Shown: piece by piece, positions 18,850 to 31,246 of the stretch
How the letters are laid out: every line of letters begins with the position of its first letter
Numbering within the stretch: the stretch's first letter is position 1
Source of the DNA: a virus
Taxonomy: Duplodnaviria > Caudoviricetes
Length of the DNA: 64,000 nt
Reading direction: 5' to 3' (one strand)
IMG/VR virus record: IMGVR_UViG_3300006139_000004
Coordinates: 1-64,000 of that record
Program-made: the position numbers and the translations under genes
Notes under the pieces: model-generated
Told to the model about the DNA's origin: nothing
Database searches by the model: none
The model's input: the letters and a program-made list of their open reading frames with translations, nothing else

Positions 18850-21800
18850 ATACAAAAGCGGCGGTTTTCTGAAGGGTTTTCCCGCTACAAATAAAGCCCT
18901 ATCCCGTGAAATTATAAACCCATTCTTTCAAAATATGGAGGTTTTCAAAATGACAAATCAAAACTTGACTTTTAACACGCTTGATTCTTATTTCTTGAAC
19001 ACTGGCAGCATGAAGTTAAATATCGGCTATTTGCGAGACAGTATCACGGCATATTTTGACGTAACAGAGCGGCACACAAACGGCGGCAACGGCAAAAGCC
19101 TTTTGCAAGTCAATCTTGAAAATATGCGCCGTTCTATTAAATCCCTTGTTTGGGAAGCGTTTCAGTCTATGACTAATGACTATTTAGAGAATGAGACAGG
19201 AAGCCGGAAGTATACTTGCACAAGTGAACAATTAAAAAAGTATTTGAAACAATACGGCTTTACACTTGATGAGGCATTAAAACCCGTTATGGATGAGATC
19301 AACGCATGGCGGGAAAATCTGAAAAATGGGAAGGGGCTTTAACCATGAAAAAGGCAGATATAAGGCAAGCATTTAAGGCTATTAAAAACGCAAAAGAAAA
19401 GGAAGATTTTTTAAAAGTCCACAATATCAAATTTACACATGATAGCCTTCAACGCTTGATTATTTGGTGTAGTGATGGAATATTAACACTTTATCCCACA
19501 TTTTAAAAGGAGGAAAAAAGAATGTTTCAAAAAGTATTTAATGATATTCTTTCAAATTTGGAATATGAAAATATTCCTTTTGAGGTTGTGACAGAGAACG
19601 GGAAAAGCGTGATCCGCATTGATTGCGGGAACAAAATCGGGAAAATCATTTTTGACGATACGGAAAAACGGGAGGCAAAATAAAATGACTATTAACAAGG
19701 CAAAAGCCAGCGCATACAACACGGTAACAACGGCGGCAGTATATGACTATATGCGGCAGTATTTAGCGGAAATTTCCCGCATGATAGAGCCGGAAGAGGA
19801 CGGGACAGGAAACGCATACAAGGCAAAACTTCAGCAGATGGAAGGAGTAAACCGCCAGACATTAAAAACTTGTGCGGCAGAATTAGAAACGGTTGTAAAG
19901 CGGCTGAAATATGCTATTGAAGGGCAATATTGACAAGCTGGAAAAATCAAGTGATCCACAACGGGGAGAAGCCCGGAAATATTCAGGTTATGCTTTTATG
20001 GCCTCCCCATTGTGGCAGCTTGACAGGCGGCAGCAGATAGGGCAAAAACCGGAAGGAGTTTTTACAATGACATTTTACACAACATTCACCACGGCAGACG
20101 GAATAAAAGCGGCTTATATCTACCAGACGAAGCGGCAGTTGATAGCAGCAGATCAGAACGGCACTTTTAAGGCTATGCAAGAGGTAAAACACAATAAAGC
20201 CGAAGCCGGAATAAAGGCAATAAAGGCACACTTACAAAATAACGGCTACAAGGTTTTAAGGCCAGTAAAAGCGGATCGGTATTCAGGCGGTGACTTCCTT
20301 TTACCATTGCCCGGAAAAGAATATTTGCAAAAACGTTGCTATTATTGAGCATTAAAAAAGAGGCGGGGAAAATGAAAGTAAATCGTGATTTTGAAATTAA
20401 CGGCGCAAAATTTCATTTGAATGATGGTAAAGGAATTTTCTGTAAATCAAAATATATACTTATGTATTATATTGAAGATTTTGGTTGGGTTGAAATAACT
20501 GGATCAGTAAACAACAAAAAAGAAGCGGTTAAACTTGCACAAGAATTTCTTAAATATAGATAATGGGGGCTGGAAAAATGACTGATTATGTAGCTATCGG
20601 TTTTGACGTTGCGGGTTATGTTAGAGCGTTTACCACTGGCACATTAAACGCTTGCAAGGCAGCAGCCAGAACGTACAAGCGGAAAAAGAACGGTATGCGG
20701 GTTTATCCCGTTGTGAAGGTTATGACGTGGGAAGAATGGGAGGCAATGAAAAAGAATTAGCAATGGATCAGAACAACATATAACAAGAAATACAATATAG
20801 ACAAAATAGCCGCTTGTAATTTGGCGGCTATGACGGGCAGAAAATAGTTGCATTTCTGGTTATTGTGTGGTACAATAAGAACATAGAATAACAGCAGCGG
20901 AAAACAGGCAAGAGACAAAAACAAGCCTATAACAACAAATACAATCTTTTGGAGGTTTTGAAAATGAAAGTTTACGCTAAACAGATTAACCCGGAATATC
21001 AGGAAAGTTATTTATTTGATGACGATGGAATGGGAACGGAATATATTAACGTATGTGGAAACAAGGATTTTCAGAGCCGCACAAGCAAACTTTTTGATAG
21101 GGTAAAAGAGTGTTTAGACAATGGAGAATTAGCGGAGGCCATAGAGGATATTAAAACAGGCGGTTATTATTCCAGCTTTTATGAAAATGTTACACAGGCC
21201 ATAAATGATCTTTTGTGGCGGGAGGACGGAAAGCCCTATGGTACAAGGCAAATCGGAAAATTGAAACAGCTTGTTTTGAAGTATAGTGATTGCCGAAGCA
21301 ACGAAGAGGATCAAATTTTGGTTGACGTTCTTTCTATTGTAACAGCGGAAAAATGGGACTATAGGCAGATTAACGGTTGTTGCCAAAGTGACTGGAATTA
21401 TGTTTATTATCCTGTTCAGTATTGGACGAAAGAAGGGCTTGATGCTTTTGAAACAATGTATTTTAACACTGGATCGGAATGGGTTATTCACGATGAGGAA
21501 ACAGAGCCAGAAAGCCCGGAAGATATTAGCGGCTATTCAGTGTATTGCATTAGTTGGAATGATGAGGGGATCAAGAAAGAGTTAGCAGAAGCGGCAGGAG
21601 TAGAGCCAGAAGAAATTATTATGTATGCTTATGATCATTCTGTTAGTGTTCCAGTTTATAGAATAGCTTAACATGGAGGGTAGAAAAATGAAACAATGGC
21701 ATACTATCACATTTTCGGCAAATTTGGATCAGGATGATATAAGGGCAATGAATAAATGCTTTTATGACGCTATGAAGGAAAGTATGGAAATTTCAGAATG

Positions 21801-24800
21801 TGCAGACTTGATGATCAGAACAGAGTATGAGGAAAGCCGGAAAGAAAAGGCGGCAGCGGACTTCATAGAAGCTATTAAGACATTAGCAAGCAAGCCGGAA
21901 AATCTGGAAAATTTACAGTTTTATCTTGAACAGCATTTTCCCGCATGGATGAAAAAATTTGCTTATGATCCAGACAGTTTAGCGGCAGAAATGAAAGAGT
22001 TTGCAAACATGGAAATTTAGTAAGCTGGAAAAACAATGAAGGAGGCGGCAATTCTGGTATTGATCAAGCGGATAAATAAAGGCTTGTTTGTCCGCTTGAA
22101 TGAGTATCAGAAAGACGGGAGGCAGAAAAAATGCAGAGACAGGATAAAGAAAACCTAATCATTATATTTCAATTCATGCAGCACAATGATCCTAATGGTG
22201 ATTATTGGACATATATAGAGGATATAGAGGCAGGAGAAATTAGCTTGACAGAAACAGTAACGGTATTGATCAGAGTATTAGCACAATGGAAAAGTGACTT
22301 GCATAGCCGGAAAAATCCCCTCTATGCGAAAATGACAACATATCAATTAGTTTTGGCAGCTATGGCATAAACACATATAGGAGGCCGGAAAAATGGCATA
22401 CACAAACGTACAAAGGACAACACAGACAAAACAAGCGGTTTTTATGGGATGCAGGACACAGGCCAGATGGAAAGCCCATTATAAGCGCATTAGAGCAGCA
22501 ATCAGAACGGCGGCAGGCTGGACAACGGCAATTATGTTTTTTCTGGTTTTGGGAAAAGCCGGGGCTTCAGATTGCGGCGCACCTATGGAAGAAATTTTCC
22601 CTTCAACATTTATCTATATGGGAATTGCAATTATATCTTTCCATGTATGGGAAGCGTTTGGCGGCAATCGTACATATAACAATAAATACAATAGGAAGGT
22701 GGAAAAATGATTTATATTATTGGCGGCGAAAAGTGTATTGAATTAAGTATGGAAAGTGATCATTGTAAATCGTTCTTTTACAAGGGAAGATATTTTGTGA
22801 AACTATCAGACTACAATGCAGACGATTAAGGAGGCCGGAAAAATGATAACGATTGAAAAAGTTATTAGTTGGACAATTCCTCTATTTGGTAACAAGCGGA
22901 TTTTTGCCTATGGAAAGTTGCTTGTTAGTGATGGAAAAACAAGGCGGTTTGTAACAACAAAAGAGGATAGCAACGGATCATATATCACATTCAATAGAAA
23001 GCGGTATAGGATCAGGAACAACGGCGGTTTATACAATCCACTTTTGCAAGTGGAAGCGTATTAAGGAGGTTAAGAAAATGGTTAATTGTTTAGGAAAATG
23101 GACGCATACTCCAGATCAACCAGCAAATTGTGATATGGATATTATTGCAAATATGATTATGGAGGATGGATATAAACCAAAAACAGATTTGGAAAATCTA
23201 ATAATTATGGTTTTGCTTTTATTTGAAAGTGAAACAGAAGATTCTTCGTCAGAATTTTTTCCAACATATGATTTTGAAACAATGGCAATAAATGCTGATG
23301 GATTAAAAAGATTTGTTTATGCAAGTGGAGGCTGGAAAGAGTTTGATTATTACGCATAATATCATTTTTAAGGAGGTAACGGAAAATGCTTGATAAGTTT
23401 GAAGCGGCGGCATTAGAGGCCATTCAGAAAGCAATGCAAGCGGTAACAGGCAGCGGAAAGCTGGAAACACGTATTCTCAACGCAGAGTACAATATGGGGA
23501 AGTTTGCGGCATTAGTGGAAATTCTGGAAGGCATGAACACAGAGCGGTTTGTATCAGTTGTAGATCAAACAGCGGCAGACAGAGACAGGGTTACAAAATT
23601 CATTGAACAGATTTACAGTATCAGAACAGAAAAGACACATGGAAGTGTAGGTCAAAATATTATTGCAGGACTATACGGGAGGTAACGGAAAAATGAGGGT
23701 TAAATATCTGCCAGTTGCGGAAGGACGGCGATTGCACATAGAGGCCTTTCCTAACTTTTCTGCCAGTGGATCAATAAAGGGAATGAAAGACAAGTTTTAT
23801 GGTAAAAATGCCTTGCTTGTGAAATGCGGCAGCTACATTTACAATGTTGGAAATTCAGACTATGGCAGGACGATTTACTATAGCAGAGCGCATTAAGGGA
23901 GGGTTATAAAATGGCACGTTATCAGGCAGTTATCAATACAGACGGTTACAAGCTAATGCCTTGTAGCAAAAAGAATTGGGAAGCCGGAACAGTCAATGAT
24001 TTTATGCTTGCTATTAACGGCTGGAAAAGTACAGAGCGCAGCCTTCAGGAAGTCCGCTGGAGAATTGAAATGCTTTTTAAACACGCACATTATCATTGCG
24101 GCAATTCTCATTGGGAAAAATGGTTTGCACAGAGAAAGAACAAGATTAAATATCATGATCGGTTGTGTGAATTGGATCGTCTGGATGATATTTCTGTTCC
24201 GGGTTTTGCACAAGGCTATGTGGATATTGGTGCTTTACTGGAAAAACTGAAAGCAGAAGGAAAAATCCTTATTCCTTTTAGTATGGGATATGACATAAGG
24301 CAGAGTGGCGACAAGCGGTATAAAGGTTGCTACATGGAAATTTGCAGAGTGGCATAGGAGGAAATATGAACGAACAAATTAAGCTATCAATCAATCACGA
24401 AAAGTTAAAAGAGTGTGGATTGAGTTTTGAAAGTTGGAGCGATATGTATTATTACATTAAGTCATTAGTGGAGTGGTTAGAAAGCCATAACAAGAATTAC
24501 AATAAGGCGCAGTATTACAAGATTGTAACGATAAAGGAAATTCTTGAAAGCATTGATTGTGGCGTTTGATAACGCAAAAGGAGAATTGAAAAATGGAAAG
24601 CAAAATGACAATCCGGCAGCTTCGTAATGCGGTATGTAATGGAGAGTTGATTGTACGGGACAACAATATCATTATGCAATCAACGCATGACAATAGTGGA
24701 AAATCCCGTGTTGAGTTGACAAATGTAATGTGTTCTTATGATGCTATACTTTCTTTGCCAGTTGAGAAACTTAACTATGATGCTGGAAAATTCATTGCAA

Positions 24801-25707
24801 TAATTGATATTCCAGCAGCGACATTGATCGGAATGACACGATAAAATAGTTGCAGAAATGCAAGAAAGGATGGTAAAGCAAGATGAAGTTGAAAGAGTTG
24901 GATACCATGTTGGAAAATCAGCGGACAATTTGTTACAAGAAAGACGGCAATTCAATCACGTATCACAATAAGGATATGCGGCTTGTAGAAGGTTGTCTGT
25001 ATTGTGGAGAGCCAGAGGCAGAAAGCCAGTGGAATAGCTATTGTATGCTTTATGTACGCTATCCAGATCAGAAAGTGGCAATGGAAATTGGTACAGTCAA
25101 TGCGGACTACAATGTAGAAGAAGCGGTTGGCGTGGTCAAGAAAAACGGAATTGAAACACAGGACACATTTATTGAATGTGTCAAGCGGAAAATTGAGGCG
25201 CAGGATCATATTCAGTTGACATGGATTGAGTATTTAAAATATATCCGTCCTACTTTGATTGACGCTTGTTGGGAAAGTCGGAAAGCCTTTGCAGAAAAGC
25301 GTGAACAGATCAGACAGGAGCGAAAAGCACAGAGGGATGCAGAGGATCAAAAGTATGTGGCAGAGCATAACGCAGAAATGGAAAAGCAGATTGCGGCGGC
25401 ATATGAGGTTATCCGTAATGGCGGTACACTTGAAAATTCTGATGTGTCAATCTATGAAAGCCGTTATAATTCCCATACCTACAAGATCGTCAATTATCTG
25501 TTCCGGCAGCATGGTATAAATTGTCCGATTAAGACTCAAGGTTGGATCAATGAAAGACTTTCACAAGTTACTGTCACTCCAGAAGGCACCGTCAATGTGC
25601 GGTTTTGGAAAACAAAGAATGGAAAGTGTTCGGAAAAAGTTTTTGATTGTTTGTTCGAGTTGGTAAGGATCGTAAGAGCGGAAAATCAGAAAGAAACACA
25701 GAAATAG
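18850..25707 (+). other. Cluster of ~20 small co-oriented early (host-takeover-type) hypothetical genes
   Basis: Tightly packed 50-270 aa ORFs with GGAGG RBSs, no recognisable domains. Confidence 0.7.
20848..20876 (+). promoter_or_regulatory. Early promoter (copy 2)
   Basis: TTGCAT-17-TACAAT. Confidence 0.75.
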
Positions 25708-25770
25708 ACCAGTTTTAGTAAGCCGGAAAACAACAACAAATACAACATAAATTATTAGGAGGAAATAAAA

Positions 25771-26850
25771 ATGACACGTTTTAATATTCAGTGGACGGCA
25801 AAGACTCTGACTAATCAGATGAACAAGGGCAAGGTAAACTTCGACAATGCGGTGCAGCGTGGGCTTGTGTGGGACAATGGGAAAAAGAGCCTTCTCATTC
25901 ACAGTATGCTTTATGGTTATGCCATTCCCGCTATGTACTTTACACGGGATGAGAACGGAGTGTATGACAGTCTGGACGGAAAGCAGCGCAGCAATGCCAT
26001 TAGTGGATTTTTGAATGGGGATTATGCACTGGCTACTGACTTCCCCGCCGTGACAGATGATGATGGAAACACAGAGGACTTCAGCGGCATGACGTTTGAA
26101 CAGTTGCCGGAGTGGGCGCAGGATAGGATTAAGGATTATAACCTTACTATTTACTACTATGAAGATATGACGGAAGATGAGGTACGGGAGTTTTTCAGGC
26201 GGCTTAACAATGGCAAACCTCTGTCCTCTATCGAGTTGACCAGAGTAAACACGGCAAATCTGAAAGTATTTCAGGAATTGGCTGGACATGACACAATTCA
26301 GGCAGTTGTTACAGAGGCCGGAAAAAAGCGGTTCACTGATGAAATGATCGCTATGCAGTTGTACCATATTGTCACAGTGGAAAATCCTGATTTTGGTACA
26401 AAGTCTTTCCGTGAGTGGGCGCAGGACGTTCAGATTGACAATGAGGTTATTAGCCGCCTCGATTCTGGCCTGAACGCTTACAAGGAATTTCTGGATAGTT
26501 TGGATAGCAAGAATGACAAACAGCTTATTAAGACTATTAAGGCAAGAACGCATTTTATTAGCGCAGTTTACTATTGCTATCTGGCGGTTGAAGCGGAAAA
26601 GTCTCAGGATGAAATCAACAATACTTTGGCAGACTTCTTTAGCGGAAATCCCTCTACCTCTGATGACTACAATAAGACCGTAACTTCTGGCAGCGCAAAG
26701 CCCGCCTCTGTTCAGATGCGCCGTGACATTATGAAAGCCCTTGTTGGTGAGGACACAAATTGCGAGAATGGCACGTATGATTGTGAGAGTTGCGTGAACA
26801 ACGGCACGTGTAATAGGCAGGACGAAGGCGAAGAGGATCAGGCCGAGTAA
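25771..26850 (+). CDS. DUF262 (GmrS/ParB-Srx-like) domain protein
   Basis: VQRGLVW, LDGKQR, FRRLNNG motifs. Confidence 0.82.
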   Translation: MTRFNIQWTAKTLTNQMNKGKVNFDNAVQRGLVWDNGKKSLLIHSMLYGYAIPAMYFTRDENGVYDSLDGKQRSNAISGFLNGDYALATDFPAVTDDDGNTEDFSGMTFEQLPEWAQDRIKDYNLTIYYYEDMTEDEVREFFRRLNNGKPLSSIELTRVNTANLKVFQELAGHDTIQAVVTEAGKKRFTDEMIAMQLYHIVTVENPDFGTKSFREWAQDVQIDNEVISRLDSGLNAYKEFLDSLDSKNDKQLIKTIKARTHFISAVYYCYLAVEAEKSQDEINNTLADFFSGNPSTSDDYNKTVTSGSAKPASVQMRRDIMKALVGEDTNCENGTYDCESCVNNGTCNRQDEGEEDQAE

Positions 26851-27113
26851 ATCATACTGGAAAAATCATAAGCTGACCTATCGGCTATACGGGGATGGAG
26901 GAAAACAAGATGTATCAAAACATTATTTCTCCCGATATTGTTTCATTCCGCAGATATTTTGTCATTGGAGAGTATAACACTTTGGATGAGGCAAAGGCAA
27001 AGCTGGATGTAGATGTGGAAAATTGGAAGTCAAACAACAAAGTCTACTACAAAAGGAATTATCCTTTTGCGTGGGCGACAATCAAAGGCTAACAGCCAGA
27101 AAGGAAAGCGGTT

Positions 27114-27845
27114 ATGAACACAACAATAAGAAAAGAGTTTGTGGACACCTTTAATAAGTTGACACACAAGTTATCTCCGTGGGAAGTTTGGAAAGACTTT
27201 GTGGTTATGTGTTCGTGTTCTTTCTCTAATGCGCTGGATAAAAGCCATTATGATGAACGGGAAAAGTTGTATATGGATACAATCAAAAAGTATGACAAAG
27301 AGGATCAGGCGGCTTTCCCGAAGTTGTTGGCTTATACAGTAATGGCTTTAGAGGAAAATCCTGATCAAGATTTTCTTGGGACTATCTATACTGAACTTGG
27401 CCTTGTCAACAAGCAACACAAACAGATTTTCACTCCCTATAATGTGAGTCGCCTTATGGCAGAAATCACGATGGAGAATGTAGCGCAGGAGGTCAAGGAG
27501 AAAGGGTACATAACGCTCAATGATGATTGTTGCGGCGCAGGATCGACACTGATTGCCGGAGTCAATACAATTAAGAGCATACTGGAAAAACAGAGGTTGA
27601 ACTTCCAGAATCACTTGCTTGTAGCGGCGCAGGATATTGATTTGACTGTTGGACTTATGTGCTACATTCAGTTATCCTTGCTTGGTGTAGCGGCCTATAT
27701 CAAGATTGACGATGCAATCTCAAAGCCTATGGCAGTAGATGACACACTGGAAAATTATTGGTTCACTCCAATGTACTTTTCCGAAGTATGGAAAACTCGC
27801 AGGATGATCAAACAGGTGGAGCAGCTTTTCAAGGAGGATAAATAA
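27114..27845 (+). CDS. N-6 DNA methylase (HsdM-like) domain protein, short
   Basis: DFLGTIY, QIFTP, DDCCGAG, AQDID; no NPPY motif seen. Confidence 0.75.
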   Translation: MNTTIRKEFVDTFNKLTHKLSPWEVWKDFVVMCSCSFSNALDKSHYDEREKLYMDTIKKYDKEDQAAFPKLLAYTVMALEENPDQDFLGTIYTELGLVNKQHKQIFTPYNVSRLMAEITMENVAQEVKEKGYITLNDDCCGAGSTLIAGVNTIKSILEKQRLNFQNHLLVAAQDIDLTVGLMCYIQLSLLGVAAYIKIDDAISKPMAVDDTLENYWFTPMYFSEVWKTRRMIKQVEQLFKEDK

Positions 27846-28417
27846 GATGGTGTACAAACGTGATTATAATTGTCTGGTAAAGCGAGTTGACAAGTTGATG
27901 CGCCAGCTTGGAGCAGAGCAGGATCGGTATGGAGCATATCACTTTGATACTGATTGTGGAAAGATGCGAGTCAAGGTTGATGAGTTTAGACCAAAGTGTG
28001 AGCGTATATGGGTATATACGTGCGTGGAAAATCCTGAACTGGCAAAGCAGCAGTTTCATCGTACAGAAATTTTTAAGTACATGACGCAGGATTTGAACAC
28101 GTTTAATGGTAAGTATAATGCGTTTCATGAGAGTGTAGATATTCTGTATCACTGGCTTTATGAATATGTAATGGCTTGCCTCCCTGATGGAAAGAAGGTT
28201 GAGTATTGATGGAAAAAACAATTTATGGTGGTAAGCCTAATAATCCAGTCGGCTATTGTTGTTTGCATTGTGGCCTGTTGACAGTCAAGGAAATGAAGCG
28301 GAAAAATTGTCTTGGGAAACAGTGCCGACACCTGAAGCGGTTTGAGAATCATGAATATTGGCGGCAGCGTAGGATTGCTAAAGAGAGAAAAAACATTGCC
28401 AGAACAGAAATTAGGGC

Positions 28418-28446
28418 TTGACAATAACCACAAATACAAGTATAAT
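28418..28446 (+). promoter_or_regulatory. Consensus promoter with 16-bp element as spacer
   Basis: TTGACA ATAACCACAAATACAAG TATAAT. Confidence 0.85.
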
Positions 28447-28484
28447 AAAGATATAGAATAATCTGATTGTGTAGGTGATTTACA

Positions 28485-29003
28485 ATGTTTGCAGTTTGTT
28501 TGCTTGTTCTGCTGGGTATCTGGATTATTCCAAAGATCAGAGAGAGTAAAGGCAATGCTGCATGGGAGAAAACCTCAACAGAGGAAAAGTGGAAGTTTTA
28601 TCTTGATGCTTTGCATAAAATGAATTGGGACACTTTTCAATTCGGAAGTTACAATCTGAAAGATTGGCATTACGATGAAGTGATTGGATTTTTGGATAGG
28701 CTTGAATCTGGAGTATTTCCCATTGATGATTGGAAGATTACAAAAGTCGATGGAGAAATTAAGCATACGGGAAAAATCACATTTGATTTGGATAATGTGG
28801 AAAACTACATCTTGGATTGTCATGAGATGTATATTGATCCTACACTGGAAAAACTGTTTGATAAAGATTGTCGTGAAGATTTTCGTAATGGAATTGTGCT
28901 GATTGATCGGCAGCGCATGACAGTAGCGGAAGCCAGAGAATATTGCTATCAGAAAGTTACTGCAAAAATGGAGCAGATTTATAAATTTAAAGCGGAAAAA
29001 TAA
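28485..29003 (+). CDS. Membrane-anchored hypothetical protein
   Basis: N-terminal hydrophobic helix, own promoter. Confidence 0.65.
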   Translation: MFAVCLLVLLGIWIIPKIRESKGNAAWEKTSTEEKWKFYLDALHKMNWDTFQFGSYNLKDWHYDEVIGFLDRLESGVFPIDDWKITKVDGEIKHTGKITFDLDNVENYILDCHEMYIDPTLEKLFDKDCREDFRNGIVLIDRQRMTVAEAREYCYQKVTAKMEQIYKFKAEK

Positions 29004-29771
29004 TTACAAAGGAATGATTAAACGCCGTGGATAATATCAAAGAGGTCAGATATTTTGAATGTACGTGTAGTAAGTGTGGAAAGGTTGTTAAAAACAAACG
29101 TGGTTGGGCTGATTTACATATAAATGGCTGGAAACAGATTGGAGAAATGTTGCTGTGCCAAAACTGCTATGCTCCCTATGCCAATCTTAATCCGCAGATA
29201 GGAGATAAGGTCAAGTGTCTGCTTACAACAGATACATGGCATAGAACAGAATTTGGAAAAACATATACAGTATGTGCGTTGGTAAAAAACGATCCCGGAA
29301 CAATTTATATTGATGTTGGGGACGGATGGCAGCGGAAGTTACTTCGTGGTGAATATCTAATGGCCTAAAAGGAGCAAACAGATATGAACGATTTAACACT
29401 TGGTCTTATCTATGCTGTAAAGCATAGTGAAAAGTCTGCAAAAGAATCTATCATTGGTTTTCTTTCTGAATATACTGGAACACCAAAGCAGTATTATTCT
29501 GATAACGAACTGGTACGGATAATTCGAGATTCTTTTGTGGACTATTTGAAAACGGCAGATAATCCAGCGTTTGAGGTATGGCAATACTTCGATGCGAAGC
29601 GACAAAAGGAAAACTTCAAAGATGTATTTCCAGAACAGCATAAGAAATATGCAGAACGTGATAATTGTATGGACATTGATACAGAAGCAATTCTTTCTGC
29701 GTTTCGTTTGGCTGGTGTTCAAAAAGATGGTAAATACATAAATGGATTTAAAGAAAATTGGAGGAATTAGA

Positions 29772-30791
29772 GTGGACATTAGAGAAGTCTTGAGCCGCCC
29801 GGAATATCAATTCATTCAGACGAACCCTCATCTTGGGGGGTCGATGCTGTTTGCAACATTTGGTGGTAGTCATGCGTATGGTACAAACAAACCTACGTCT
29901 GATATTGATATACGTGGATGTGCGCTAAATTCTAAGCGTGATTTGCTTGGAAGAACAAACTTTGAGCAAATGATTGATAACGAAACTGATACCACGATTT
30001 ATGCGTTTAATAAGCTGATTGGCTTATTGGAAAATTGTAATCCTAACACAATCGAAATGCTATTTTGCAGACCTGACAGTTATGTGTTCTTTCATCCTAT
30101 TGGAAAAATGCTGATTGAGAAGCGAGATATGTTTCTTTCGCAGAAGGCAGTTCAGTCTTTTGGCGGCTATGCTAATCAGCAGCTTCGGCGGCTTGAATGT
30201 GCAGTTGCCCGTGATCGTCTGTCGCAGACAAAGAAAGAGGAACACACATTAAACTCTATGAAAAGTTCCATGAAGCATTTTGAGGAAAAGTATACAGAGT
30301 TTGATAAGGGCAGCATTGTTCTTTATACAGCAGAAAGCGCACGTGAGGATTGTGATACGGAAATTTTTGCAGATATTAACCTAACGCATTATCCAGCCCG
30401 TGAGTTTAACTGCATTATGAATGAGTTGAGCAATGTACTTGGTACATACGAAAAGTTAAATCATCGAAACCATAAGAAAGATGAAGAACATTTAAACAAA
30501 CACGCTATGCACTTGATCCGTTTGTACTTGACCTGTATTGACTTGTTGGAAAATGGTGAGTTTTCTACGTATCGTGAGAAGGACATTCCGCTGCTTATGT
30601 CGATCCGTAATGGTGCGTACCAGAATGAGGACGGAACATATAAACAGGAGTTTTTTGATATGGTAAGCGACTATGAACGGCGAATGAATTATGCCAAGGA
30701 GCATACAGTTCTTCCACCGAAGCCTAATTACAAGCAGATTGAGGAATTTGTAGTGTATGTGAACGAGGAAGCTATTAAAATCGGAGGGTAA
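29772..30791 (+). CDS. Pol-beta-like nucleotidyltransferase (YcgL/RlaP-like)
   Basis: GGSHAYGT...SDIDIRG, NPNTIEML, KHAMHLIRL. Confidence 0.85.
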   Translation: MDIREVLSRPEYQFIQTNPHLGGSMLFATFGGSHAYGTNKPTSDIDIRGCALNSKRDLLGRTNFEQMIDNETDTTIYAFNKLIGLLENCNPNTIEMLFCRPDSYVFFHPIGKMLIEKRDMFLSQKAVQSFGGYANQQLRRLECAVARDRLSQTKKEEHTLNSMKSSMKHFEEKYTEFDKGSIVLYTAESAREDCDTEIFADINLTHYPAREFNCIMNELSNVLGTYEKLNHRNHKKDEEHLNKHAMHLIRLYLTCIDLLENGEFSTYREKDIPLLMSIRNGAYQNEDGTYKQEFFDMVSDYERRMNYAKEHTVLPPKPNYKQIEEFVVYVNEEAIKIGG

Positions 30792-31246
30792 ATATGGCTC
30801 ATAAAGGTAAATGGGCGAGAATTTGCGGAGTCCAGAAAAATCAAGAGTGTTTTAATTGTACAAGACGGCAGGAGATCAAAGAAACAAAGACAGAGTTTAT
30901 TGTTTCGTGCGATATTGGACATGGAACACGAACTTTGAAATTCTCCCGCAACCAGTCTCCATATTGTGGGGCTTGGAAGAATAGCAAATAACAATAAATA
31001 CAATTTCGGAGGCTGATGCTAATGAATATTATGAGGCAACATACAGACCATCATCATGGAAATTGTCTGATAATAGATAATATTATTATGGGCGTGGTGT
31101 TTGGGTCTTACATTGTTGAAATTATTAGAAAGTACGACAATGGAACACTTTTAGATTTTCGTGCAAGAAAAGAATTTGCAGATGTTGATGATGCGATTGA
31201 CTATTATAATGGCTTGGTAGATAATATCGGCAAGAGGTGAATGTAA

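Noticed and set aside
25561-26553. 330-aa minus-strand ORF
   Set aside because: Antisense shadow of the DUF262 gene
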